This document shows, one piece after another, positions 24,729 through 38,200 of a stretch of DNA of 64,000 nt. The position numbers were made by a program, and so were the translations under genes. Each line of letters opens with the position of its first letter. Positions within the stretch are counted from its first letter, which is position 1. The notes beneath the pieces were generated by a model, which was given only the letters and a program-made list of their open reading frames with translations, made no database searches and was not told where the DNA came from. The stretch is from Lingula anatina (lineage: Eukaryota > Animalia > Brachiopoda): positions 25,798,401 through 25,862,400 of the forward strand of contig CM120641.1 of the NCBI GenBank assembly GCA_051362555.1, given 5' to 3'.

Positions 24729-27700
24729 ATGAACAACTCTATCATCATCATCCTCACCGCCGTCTTCTCCTCGTATCACTATATCGCGCGGGCTGAAGTA
24801 TATTCGTCCACAGCAGACGTAGTCCAACTCGCAAATAATGAACAGCTTCTTGTTGGCTTGTTGGAGACATATCTCGATAACGAACTCGCAAGAATAAAGG
24901 AGTTACAGACGTAAGTACACTTATTTTAAGTATCTTTTTATTTAACAAAGTTACTATGCGCATTACTTTGCAACAATATCCGTCAATGGTTCTTTGGGCA
25001 TATAGAGGAGACCGGGGCTAGTTGGACCCCGGGGTAAGTTGGACCCCCATCAAGTCTTTTTAATGAAGTTACTTTAAGATGCTAAATTATTTCATTTGGA
25101 CTCACTGCCAACGCTTTCTTAGCACTATGGGATACGGTCACCTTAAAAAATAATGTGATCAATTCTTTTACCCCATAGTTACTTTGTCATAAATTGATTG
25201 GGGGGGGGGGGGGGGGGGGGCAACTTACCCCGGGGTCCAACTAGCCCCGGTCTCCCCTATATAATCCAACACGAGCTTGGGTGTACACACACTGTTTATG
25301 CATATATGCTTATTCGTTTCAATTATTTCTCTTCTGAATATCTAACGGCAGTCCGTTAGTTGTGCAATAACACATTCATGTGAAAATTTCCTTTGAATTA
25401 AAGCATCCTTTCCGTTACATTGTGTTACAGGTGTACTTGATTGCGAGATATGCGATTTTCAAATTTGAAAATATAATTGTATGTACCTGTACTTGATCTC
25501 TGTATGTAGAACATACATGTTTATAGAAGTACCCAGGAACAAAGAAATTTGAAAAATTATATTTACCCTTTCTACACGTGTTATATAAGAATATGTTAAA
25601 TCAAGGAGTTATAACAGATGTTATAACTCCTTGCTTAAATCATTTAACATAAATTGTTGTTACAATGTGGCAGTCAAGGCAAAGAAATGGATTTATTGAT
25701 ATGGAAAGAATTCTCTATCATGTATATACAGTGTATGGGGACTTGATATCATTTAATTCACTGTATCTTAATCTTACGCAAACCCATTATTCATTACATG
25801 GATACATTTATACCTCTCTCCCAGACATCTTGAAGATATCAAGAAACTTCTACCGGAGAACACAGAGACATCTATTGTCAATTATGCCGTGAACCCCGTT
25901 GGAGCTTACAGTACCATCAAACGTTTTGCAGTTACCTGGACACATTTCTTTGCCCAGATATCGGATCTCAAACACGCAAACAACACCGCGCTAAGGGGTA
26001 AGCCGCCCTATAGCTTAGTTGCTACCTCAAGATTTATATTTGTCTGATCAAAGATATTTTTGCTCACAAACAATAGATACATGTGTCATCAATAGCATCA
26101 AACAGCATGTATTCATTCCACCAATCCAACTTACAAAGAAAACACTTGACGATAATCAATTATATAATAACTTTGACAAACGCACAAATGACAAATACGT
26201 TTAATTGACATCGGGGAAAAACGTCAATGACTGTGTCACAACAAAACTCATTTTTACATTAAGGGTTAGCCACCGACATCGTATCACTTGGCCTGTCCCA
26301 CCACACTTGGCCACAAGTTGTTGACTTGAACGGAGCTGTTGCAGCTTTGGTAAGGTTGCAGAAGATGTATCAAATACCAGTGAAGGAGCTCGCCGACGGT
26401 AACATCCGGGGTATGAAGGTCTCAAGACTGGGGCCAGACGACTGTTTGCGCTTAGGTCGAGCGATGCTCCATTCGGACTACAGTAGCTCTAGTGCAGCGT
26501 TAGCTATCCAGTGGATGGAAGAAGCAATACGGATGCACGAGCAGAGACACTCGGCCAACGGAGAGCAAAGTTTAGGGGACCGATCATTTCAAATCGAAGA
26601 GGCATATAGTGCGTTGGCTGACGCACATGCACAAGTATGTTACTGTTAGGTTGCTTTCAAAGTAGTTTCAGCATGAACAGAAGTATCACAATTGTCGCGG
26701 TGTTTGGCACTAAGACCTTGTTGTAAAACATAGAACACCGATGATATTCACATATCGTAATACTGAGATAGATTCTAATTAAATTTGATTAATTGATAAA
26801 ATGACAAACTAAGACATCTGGCAGTTTTGTTTGGAAGTGGTTCGTCTTTTTCAGCTTGGAAACGTTACTGCTGCTGCCAATTTTGCTATGAAAGCTTTTG
26901 TTAAAGGTAGGTGAGTAATGCTTCATGAAAAATCTAGATTGTGAACTTCTTTACATTTTTTTTTTACTAAATACTGAGCGTATACCCCTCTTTGCTTTTA
27001 TGTTATGATTACTCTGTAACCACACCCCAGTTAGTAAGTATATTAACATGAAATTCACACCATAGAGGTAAACAAAATGAAATGGGAAAAACTGCCAAAA
27101 TAATTTGAGGGATAATTTGAGTCTGGGGCGTAAGTTAAGTTTTATTTTAACTAGACCCAGAAAACAGTTCTTTAAAGGAAAAGTTCCTGAAATATGAGGA
27201 CATGTCGAGCGGCTCACACAGTCAAAAAAAGATATCCAGACGTAATACAACGGATTCAATGTACGAACGTCTGTGCCGTGGAGATCAGTGGAAAGTAAGT
27301 ATGCATTGCCTTTTTACCTCCTATTATCTCCACTTCAGTCACTGAATTTTCTTTAAAAAAGATCATTTGTATTTATATAAAAATAATTCGGGTTAAAAGA
27401 GAGGGGTCATCATATTGGATGTTCTCATCGTTATAGTACATATAGTTATTCCTCACTTATTAATTTTTATCTTAGGACCCAAAGATCGAAGCCCGACTCT
27501 TCTGTCAGTACAAGAAAACCCTGGTTCCTATTCGACCAGTAAAAGAGGAAGTTCTGTACCTGGACCCCAGGGTGAGCATTTTCTATGACGTTATCACGGA
27601 TAAAGAGGCGGCTATTCTGTTGGAGCTGGCAAAATCCAAGGTAGGTTATAGATTAGCGATAGAAACGTTTATTCCTTGATGGTGGAAATAATTTAGGCTC

Positions 27701-30700
27701 AAATGTCCTTTTGGTATTTAGATTTGTTACGTTGTCTGCCGGTTGTCTTATACGTTGAAAATCCAGATACATTTATAACTTAAACACGACAATTAAACGT
27801 AGTAAAAATCGCACCAGCGTTCATGCACAATGATAACATTATAAAGATTATTTTCACAGATGATACGGGCCCCACTAGGAGATGTCGCAGGAGAAAAAAC
27901 GTCGGAGCAAAGGATTGGCAAATTGTAAAGATTGGCAATCGAAGCTTTCAGATTTAAAGGGCACATAGAATTCTAATGAAACAGACTGTACCTGTATTTC
28001 TTCCACCCTTCCAGAGTACAAATGTTTGTTAACAGTGGGTGTTTTCGGTGCTTTGGTTCCATGCCGCAATTTTCTAAGGTTCCCTCATTATAAAAGCACA
28101 ATGACATGAAAAAGATTTTTTTCACTAGTAGACAGTTTTTGGAAACCAGAAAGTGCTTGTTTGTTTACCTAAGATGGGCTATAAAGTTATCACTTTTTCT
28201 TATACTTTTTTTTAAACTGAGGCTGCATTTAACAGGTGGACTAACTAGTCCGCGGGTCAAATGTGGCGACCCACTAAAAAAGGTGCCGTCTAATCTTCTA
28301 ACAGACTATGAATAAATTCCCCGTGGGTAAGTATTCAAGTGGGTCGGCCGTATTTGACCCGCGGACTAGTTAGTCCACTGTTCTGAATGCGGCCTGAGAT
28401 CATGTCATATTCTGGTTATAGGACCTGGCTCTGGGATGCGGATGTGAATACAACGGTGGCTCATTTAAGTAAGAGGGTTGAAGAGATAACTGGTCTCAGT
28501 ACCGTCATCAGAGATAAGCTGGCTGACGCGGAGGCTTGGCAGGTGGGTGTTTTAACATTTTCTTATTTAAATATAAGACGTTGTATTGACCAGTCAGTCA
28601 GTCAGACAACCAGGCAGACAGACAGACAGACAGGTAGATTGACACACCTATCTCCCGGTCACTCTGGTTATCGTTTGGCTAGGTTTGTCGTTCAAACTCT
28701 TTCATGTTGATTCCATCCTTTTTCCATCAGATCGCAACCTATGGCATCGGCGGGATGTTTGAACCACACCACGATTTTTATGTGGACGAGGGTTGGCTGA
28801 ACCAACTCCCATCTCATCTGCTGAACACTGGGCGTCGGATTGCCACTTTTGTCTTTTACGTAAGCAGTATAATTAAGTTTTTCATTTGATATTTCCATTT
28901 CTCTTATGTAAATTTTAAAGTGTCTGCAGGGTGAATGCGGATTCATCATGGCACACAGAATCTACGTTTTCTTTTATTTGGCTGAAAATATTGGTGATTT
29001 GAATCGTGCAAAGTATGCACCGCAATGGCTTTAGGTTTTAGGTTAGTCAACTACACGTAGCTTTAAAAATGATTTTTGCTATACGGAAATACTGTCAAAG
29101 TAATATCAAATTTCCCTCTTTGCAAATAAATGATAATATATTTTTTTCTCACTTCAGCTGACGGATGTCCAGCTAGGCGGAGCCACCGTGTTTCCTGAGA
29201 TCAATGTTCGCGTACCACCAGTGAAGGTATTCATCTTGACCAACATTTGTGAATGTCACTTATATACTATATATAACATGTGCCCTCATGTAGAATTGAA
29301 TCACTTTACATCGTCATATTAAATGGATGTATATAGAAACGGCTTTCCAAAAATAACAGTAATAGAATAGTATACGTAATTTTGATATGGTAACGAAAGT
29401 TGGAACAATTAATACATGCGCAAGCTGACTACAGGTTTCTCTTAAAAACATCAGTTTGAAAAAAATCAACATTTTGAGCGCAATCAATTTTTTAAAGGTA
29501 TTTATCTGCTGTCAAAAGTATTTCGAATAAAAATGATTATTTCAAAACTATATGAGACATTTTATATCTAAATGTGTATAACAGTTACAGGAAGAAGAAT
29601 TGTAAGTGTTCAAAACCTATTTTCAGAACGCAGCCGCCTTCTGGTACAATCTTAAAAGAAGCGGAGACATGTACCACGCCAGCATGCATGCAGGGTGCCC
29701 AGTTCTTTACGGACAGAAATGGAGTAAGTTGACCTTGGAGTGGTTTTCAAAAGCTTTTCTCGCTTGTGAAGCTTACTTTTTTAATACTCTACGAATTTTG
29801 CCCATTCTTATATACAGACAACGAAACTGTTTATTCTGATCTCTGTATCTGTCCGTGTCGTCGCCGTCGTTGTCGCCGTCCGAAACAACTGTTCCTATGT
29901 CTGTTCCTATATTTTAGTCTTGCTTTAAATTCACTGAAAAATAACTGTAAAAAGGTTTCTTTTGAAAATCAGTATACATGTAATATTTTTATCAGTAACA
30001 TGTAATATTTTATTGTTTGTATTTTTGGCGACATTCGCCCCATGAGTGCCATTTTTATTTTAAATTTGTTGTAAAAAAGATTGGGAAAATACACCCTACC
30101 GACAGTGAAATAAGCATTAAATAAACTGTTTTTCCACTTGCGCTCCAAATATTATATCCGAAATGTCAAACTATCATGGAATCACAATGTATTTTTCGAC
30201 CAGCAACAGAAAACACTGCTTTCTATTGCACCAAGTACTTGGACAAAATGAAACTTTCTGACACTTTGTCTGGGGAACATACTTTTTTTACCTAGTATTA
30301 GCCATGACGCAAAGTCCCTTGAGTCACAGTTTAAATATTTACCACCAAAACGATCTTTTCCCAAATTTAATTATTTTCTACTGTTCGAAATTCATGGCAA
30401 ATTACCGTATAAGTACATCTTTACGTTATGTATAATTTATAATGACTGAATAACTACAAAATATATCGTAACGCGGAACACACGTTACCATTTATATAAT
30501 TAGAGCTCTACATAATGTAAAGGCATGATAAGAAATGAAAATTAAATTAAAATTGAGACAGTCGTGGATTTTTGCTCTATACACATATCTGTTTTGAAAA
30601 ATTGAAAACAAAAATTGAAAATTGAAAATTGAATTCATTCAATTTCATTTCTTTGGACACTTCAGCATAAGAAATGTACCTCTGTATTGGGTTTGGGTGC

Positions 30701-30838
30701 CATACGTTCCAAATTATTTGAAAATATTCTTACAACACTGTCTTTGTGATCTTTACAGTTGCCAACAAATGGACACGGGAGAGGGGGCAGATATTTCGTA
30801 GGCGATGCGGTCTTAGCCCACGTGCCACGGACGAGTAA
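24729..30838 (+). CDS. P4HA: Prolyl 4-hydroxylase alpha-subunit-like gene 1 (547 aa, 12 exons)
   Basis: Exons 24729-24910, 25825-25997, 26264-26634, 26855-26906, 27155-27294, 27476-27640, 27860-27924, 28422-28542, 28731-28859, 29158-29226, 29627-29723, 30759-30838 (1644 nt). Motifs NPVGAYSTIKRF, GAVAALVRLQ, YERLCRG, YGIGGMFEPHHDF (HxD), HAGCPVLYGQKWIANKW. Confidence 0.93.
25005..25257. mobile_element. MITE with about 36-bp TIRs in intron 1 of P4HA gene 1
   Basis: GAGGAGACCGGGGCTAGTTGGACCCCGGGGTAAGTTG ... CAACTTACCCCGGGGTCCAACTAGCCCCGGTCTCCCC, flanked by TATA on both sides. Confidence 0.85.
28231..28382. mobile_element. Short foldback element/MITE (about 150 bp) in intron 7 of P4HA gene 1
   Basis: GTGGACTAACTAGTCCGCGGGTCAAAT ... 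ATTTGACCCGCGGACTAGTTAGTCCAC, a perfect inverted pair. Confidence 0.8.
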
Positions 30839-32234
30839 TGTCGAGTGACTTTTTAAGTGTTAGAGTTTTAGGATCAGGTTCTTTTCAGGAATGGATCTCG
30901 TAAATCACATGACAAAGTGCAATCAGGTTACCTGAATAACACGTCTCTCTCTGGTGTTGAGCAAAATACAGAAAAGCTGGTGATTATAAGAGTACATTAG
31001 GAACAAGAGGAGGTGTGTCATTCATTTAAGCTGATTGCACTCAGCGAAAGTCCCCGCAGAGTTGGATCGATCTACTTAAACCGATGGTGTCTATAGGAAT
31101 GGGGTCTTAGAGGCCAGTGTCACTTCTTTCAAATCAAAACCTTGATGCCTTTGTCTGCTTAGTTTATCCAGTTAAAGAAATCGGTAGGGGAGAGGTAAAT
31201 AGCGTGCAACTGCGTTACAGTTATTTAAAATTTTGGGCGTTTGAAGCTCCAATAATTCGAATAAGTATTCTTAATTTGTCAGCTAAGAACCAAGAATTAA
31301 TTAAATAATGATTATTAAAACATAGTCCACAAACTTGTTTTTCAATTTGTGTAATGGCAGTCTTCGACGGAAAGTATTTTATACATATTATACTTGTACA
31401 TTGAACAACAATAATATATATACATGTATAAAGCTATCTATCCACTCTCTCTGTTTTTTGAGCTATTTTCTGCACATAATAGGACTATACACGAGATGAA
31501 ACGCATGAAATACGTGTATGTCAAATTATTTCCTATTAAGAATTATTGAAGCCAATTAAGATACATCTACTAGATCTTTAACACAATTAAATCAAGGAGT
31601 TTCAACAGACAGTTGAAACTCTTTGATTAAATATAGGCTGATTTTGACCATAATTGCCATAATTAAAGTTTCTCAATCTTATTATACTGAAAGTATCCTT
31701 TAAAACTTCATGATAATTAGTTTTTATAAATAACGTAGATTTTAATAGGGCAGAGCATGTTAAGTGTACACTGATTTTCCACGTGGCCCCCTTTGATGGA
31801 TTACAATAAAATAATGTTTTAACAACAAAATTAAAATTTTATGAAAAAAATAAATTTTCGATTCTAAAACATGATGTCACATACGTTAGAGATTTAGATT
31901 ATATGATTACAATTCAGACGCTGGAATAATTCTACCAAACATTTTAAAAATAAGACGTTTCTGAATTGATATTTGTTCACTATTATATTTTGACAAGCAA
32001 TTTCTGAATCACTGTTGTCAGCCGGATACAAATGATTAAGGAAGTGCGTTGCTGTGGCTATAAGAGGATTGTCTTCAGATTTGTGTCATGACACAGACGT
32101 AGCTGTTATCAACGTGGGAATAAAGCTTGTTTACCATTTCAAGCAATTGCTAACAGACTAGACTGAGTAACGAAACATGAATGTTCTTTTATCTTATTCA
32201 TATAATTTGTTGGCTGAAACTCCTGTTCCAAAAT

Positions 32235-32790
32235 ATAATAATAATAATAATAATAATAATTTATTCAGCTTTAAGCGTTACAATTTAATATTGTTCGCTG
32301 TGTAACTACTTCTAACACTACTCTATTATGCTTACATCAAAAATATAAATAAAGGATAAAATAAAGGATAAAATGTGTATCAAAGCTTAAAGTTTATTAA
32401 TGCGATGGGTGGTTATTCATTGTGCTGCCAACTGCATGAATATATTGCGATATTGTCTTAAGTGATTTATGATCTTGGAGATGAAGAGGATAAATAGTTT
32501 CTGATCACTGCCTGCTTATTCATAATTTTGTCTCTCAGTATTTGGGAAGGAATTAAGCATGCTTTGTCGCTCTGTTTGGTACCTGCTGCAAGTGAGGAAG
32601 AAATGGTTCTCGTCCTCTATTACTGTTTCACAATGTGTGCAGGTTCTTTCTTCCAGAGGGATTTTCATGTGCCTGTCTTTCTCTATCGCCAGCTCGTGGC
32701 CACTTATTCTCATTTTGGCAATGTATTTTTTGTCTGAGCTTGTGGCACTATCTTTCGAGATCGTATGAGTCTTTTTAGCATTAATAATGT
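32235..32790 (-). mobile_element. 3' fragment of a LINE (CR1/L2-like) with (TTA)n tail, inserted into older sequence
   Basis: RISGHELAIEKDRH..PLEERTCTHCETVIEDENHFFLTC (LINE C-terminal Zn motif); (TAA)n at about 32235-32260; the flanks are contiguous in the homologue at 5570-5790. Confidence 0.85.
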
Positions 32791-33409
32791 ACTGCGTCAA
32801 GACTTAAGAAAAGAAAGTCTCACCAAAATGAGTTTTTGGCCTGTTCTTCAACAATCACTACAAAATATCAAAGATTTATCACAACTGGCTGACTATAGTT
32901 ACGATTGCCATTAGCCGTGAACCCTTCCAAATTTGACAAGCGCTAAATAAGTAAACTAATACTCGTTTAAAGAAAATTTATAAGTTACATAAAGAATTTT
33001 TCCGACTTAAATCGCCCACAAAATCAATTAGCAAAGCTGGACAATTCAGCAATGGCCAGAAAGTCCATCTTCGCACCTTTTGCTGAATTAAGCGGCCAAT
33101 GTTAAGTCAACCCTTTACATATTGCACTTTCATGATGTAGTACAGGTTGCCCAAGAAATTAGAAAATAATGTAAAAGGGTCTCAGCGTCAAAGTTCATGT
33201 TCATTTGCAAACTTATTTAGTCTTGAAATTGTTTATGTTGTTTATTTCAATATGATATACATAGGTAACATGTTTCTTGAATTCCTGGAACAGTAGTTAT
33301 TTATGAAAATACTAATAAATAGTATGTATATTTTTAAAGATGATATTTAATGTATGTATTTATGAAATATAGAAGAATAAAAAAATATCAGTATACTATT
33401 TGATCAGGG

Positions 33410-33635
33410 ATGTCTTCTGGTCATTCGACAAGAAATGTCACGTCATTGACGCACGTACACTCTGTCTTATTTGCACATATCCCTTTTTTAATTACTGTTG
33501 AATTTCTTTCCATATTGGAGGGTACAAAAACAAAGAAAAGGCAGTAATGGGGCAGATCAGAATTATGCAAATATTACACAAAATGTGGGTAATTGAAGTG
33601 ACACTTTTTGTGGAATAACCCCTTCTAGATATATC
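33410..33635. repeat. Dispersed repeat, copy A (copy B at 47782-48028, which has GGGC...GCCC TIR-like ends)
   Basis: Shared GTCACGTCA.TGACGC, TTTTAATTACTGTTGA, AAATATTACACAAAATGT, TTTTTG.GGAATA.CCCC. Confidence 0.65.
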
Positions 33636-34156
33636 TTGTTATTCTAATTTACTTTTTTTTTTGTGGAATGCGAGTCTCTGTCCATTGGAAAAAGAGCATG
33701 CTTTTAATAGTCGTGTACGAACTTTTAGGAAGTGGGCAGCTACACCAAATTTGAGTGCAGTGTTTAATACATGAATGAATTAATTAACAGAATATACAGG
33801 TACACAGAAACACATAAAACTTCAGTGTAAGGGTACCCGGGGCAGTTCTGTTTATTATTAATATTTCCTGTGCTATAGGATACAATACAAATCCATTAAC
33901 ATTTTATGACCGTCGCTCATGAATAATCGTCCACGTATATTTTGTTACGAACCGTAGCGGCGTGGATCACTCCTTGTTCTCTTTATCAAACTATTGCAAA
34001 CATTTTACTTTGTCAGCTTGACATTGTAGAATCTTATTTATGACTGATTGATCTAAACATTCATGGTCAGTTCAATCAGCAGATTGGCAAGGTATCCCAA
34101 CACAGACTGTGCATGATTCAGTGAGAGAAGTCTCCTGTGAGTATCCGGTCACAAAA

Positions 34157-35146
34157 ATGCTGGGTTCGACCTGCAAGCGCCACGGACTGAGATATACACT
34201 ACATTACTTTGTATGTCTGATAGGGACCCTTGTCGTGCGAGCAGAGGTGTATACGTCCACGGCGGAGCTCGAGCTACTTCTAGACAAAGAAAAACATCTT
34301 TTTGACTTAGTAGGAAATTTTCTTACGAATCAACTAAAGCGCTTAAATGAGTTACAATCGTAAGTATAGAAACACAATATCATTTGAAATATTTACAAAT
34401 AACAACAGTCCTAGGTCTGCTTTAGACTGCATTCCCATAGATTTAGATCGATCCATCTAGATCGACCTAACTCCCTGGGGTTCACGCTGAATTGCTGTCA
34501 GCCGAGCGTGCACGGTAGTTAATTACCCCCTTACAGCTTTTAGTAGGCGGGACAGACATTTAAGCCGGCTGAGACTCCCCACAGGGATAGATCGATCTCA
34601 AATCTGTGGGAATGGGGTCTTAGAGTAACCTTATATTTATAAGACGGATGTTAATCAAAACCAAGCTAAATTGCATTTAGTGTAATCGGCTTTAATGCCT
34701 GACGCGCCTACTTAAACTGTTGGAGGGTAATTAACGATAGTCAAGCCGCTTGGAAGCGTGCCAGACAATTAAGCTGATTACACTGAAAACACTTTAGCCA
34801 GAGACTCCGCAGAGTAAGATCGATCCAGCTAGAAAGATGAGTTTATGGGAACACAGCCCAAAGATAGCTCCGAGGCATGCAAATACAATTGTTGTATTTA
34901 TACAGCAGTAAAACCGACGCATAATCATATAATAGAATACGCAATCTGAATCCGGCGTGTTGAAATTGTCGTCTACTGAAACACTGTCTTCCATTTTGAT
35001 ATAATTCCCACTATAAACCAGACTATATGGAACCTGTATCTGCAACAGAAAACAAAGGACATGACCAACCATATTTACATTGTCTGTCAAATCTTTATAA
35101 TTAGAATTGCTTACTTAAAGTTACTAACATGTACGTCTGTATATAC

Positions 35147-35209
<63 letters not shown>

Positions 35210-38200
35210 AAATACTGGTGACGTGAACTGTGGTAATTGGGCACATAAACATTGATAATGGTACTCTTGAACTGGGGCACATGTGCTTCAACACTTTAAC
35301 TGTGGTAGTGGGAAACCTTAAACTGTGTTATTGGTACACTTAAGGCCCCTATATATGGCAATTAGACAGGTGAAACTGAGACTGGTACTGGGACACGTTT
35401 TACGTGGCAACCTGAAAAAAGTTATGGAAGTATACACATATTTTCTTCAGGGACCTCCTGCATATGAAGGGAACACTATCAGACAGCACAGCGTTCTCTA
35501 CCTTGGGGTACGCTGAGAACCCTGTTGGGGCGTACCACACCATCAAACGCTTTGCGGTAACATGGAAGAAATTATTCGAAAAATTGTCGAAGTTGAAACC
35601 TGCATACGATGTTGAAATTCAGGGTAGGATTTTTCATTTACCTGAAAAAATTACAAAATAGATGTGCCTGAAAATATAACTAAGTTTTGCTATTAATTCA
35701 CACTTTTTTTTTGCAATTTATCCTTAAGAAAATGCAGATTTTCAAAAAAGCTGAACAAAACTTTTTCCTATAATCTGTACAAAACGTAGATAATTCAAAT
35801 AACACACAAACAAATGGCGGCTCACCTTTAATTTAGCATTCGTTTACTAAATGTTATTTAATCAATCTACATGCTTTTCCTTTAAACATTTATCCAATTA
35901 TCTTTATGAGTATCATCCTTGGATTTATTTTACAAATCACATATAATGAATACAATTATATTTCATTTGCCACACTTGTAAGTATCATTATATCATAATG
36001 TTTTTAAAACTTTACATGGCAGCCCCCCACTGGAGTGAATCACACTATTGTTCATGGCGAAGTGTTACTTCCGCGTAAATTATATTTGGTATAGTTTAAT
36101 TGCAATGCTCTTTGATTTTCAGAATTTTGAAAACATGAAGTATACGCCTGAACATTTGTTGGGGCACTGATACCATTTATTTTTTAATTTCGAGAATACA
36201 CTAGCACATTATGTGCCCATACGATAATATTCTGATAATTTAATCAGGTATTTATTCTTTCACCCAGAGTTATCCAAAAGTACCTTAAGTTTGGGTTTCC
36301 AGCACGTTTGGCCACAAGATGCTGATCTAGAAGGCGCCGCAGTGGCTTTGCTACGGTTACAGCAGATGTATAAATTACCAGTCAAAGAGTTCGCCCAGGG
36401 AAACGTATCGGGTGTGAGAACGTCGGAACTGGGGGCCGCAGACTGTTTTTACATTGGTCAAATTGCGTTCCATTCTGATGATAATTTGCCTCTAGCAGTT
36501 AACTGGATCGAGGAATCTTTGAAAATCCAAGAATCAAAGGGAGAGCCTCTTTGGGAGCACCTACAGTCGGCGTATACCATTTTGGCTGAGGCTTATGAAG
36601 AGGTCTGTTCTTCTGTTCTCACAGGCAGTTTTTTAAAGATTAAAAACCCAGAACGAAATATTCGAGGAATGTTTTTATTATCAAATCTTAATATATCAGC
36701 GATATTTGAAAGGAAATGTGAAAGGAATATTTTTGTCTTTATTGCTCCCCCACCCCTATGACATTACAATTCTTCCTGAAATAAATATTATTTCAATACC
36801 CAAAATTGCTTTTTGACAGATTTAAATGTCACATGGCCGATTATTAAATCTCATATGTTTTCAGCTTGGGAACACGAAGGTCGCCGCTGAGTATGCCCAT
36901 AAAGCCTCTAAAAATGGTATATATACAGACATTAGAAACATTATGGATTTCCCTCGAGTCTGCTTGATCTCAGTCGAATTTTACTTCTATAGCTTCTCTT
37001 TACAAAATATGCTATATCTTCATGTATTGAGAAATCAATATTGTTTCAACTCCAACTCTGTACAGTTAGTTTCTGCATGTTTTTTTTACTGGAGCATAGT
37101 AAACTCGTGAAAATTCGTGTAGTACAATGATGCATGCATCATGTTTTTTGTTACAAAAGTGTGTGTTTTTCTCGCTATTTTTTTTATCCCTAGCCGACAA
37201 AGAATACAAAAAAGAAAACGCGGGTTTTCTTACAAGAGATGGTTATCTGACAGAACTACCGGTTCCATTGACGCAAGGGTTCACGTCTAATGCTGGAATG
37301 TATGAGCGTCTGTGTCGCGGCGAAAACGTGCAGGTAAGGCCTATTTTCATTTCAGATTTCAGTTTTTTTATATTTACATAGACATATATTTACATCCAGG
37401 CATAAGATACGGGTGTTAAATATACATGTATATTGCATCAAAATGGCTTCACACAGCATGTGAAAAAGTCTTTTTAAAAATGCCCCCCCTCTCTGCCCCC
37501 CCCCCCCCTCAAAAAATTATATATTCTAGCTGGTTCTAAATTATATTATATTATTTATCAAAATGAAATTAGCTGGGACCCGCATGAAGTATCTGCCTAC
37601 AGACACAATCTGTTTGTACATAAAAATATTGCAGCAGGCCACTACATATTGTATGTGATCTGGCCATAAGGTATAGTGCTGGTGATTGTGAATATTAATG
37701 ATATTATAGGTTGTTTCTATCCATTTTTCCATCTCATCATGGGTTCCCTAGTTATTAAATGGTGATAATTTGAAAAAAAAACAAACAAACAAATTTTGAA
37801 CGTGAAAATTAATGAAATTGCAAAACCTTTGCACTGAATATATTTCTGATCTGTTGCTTAGAGGGGTGAGTGTATATGCGATTGTCCTCTTCGCTCCTCG
37901 TGGATAAGATGCATATGTAATTAAGAGTTCCAGCCAACGCTAGACCCTTACTGAACACTATCATGTATTTTGTCTGATGTGTTGACGCGAATAAAACATA
38001 TTTATTTTCTTTTCAAAATCATGAAGATCAGTTCAAAATAATGTAATTCTACGTGATCTGTCATGATTTTGTCTCAACTTGTCCAGACTTCGGTGACGTG
38101 TCGAAATGGGCGGAGTCTATTGGCGTGTCAGTTGGTTGTTGGTGTAAAAAGCGGAGGAAATTTCTGACGACTAGAACCGCCACACGCTTGGTGACAACTG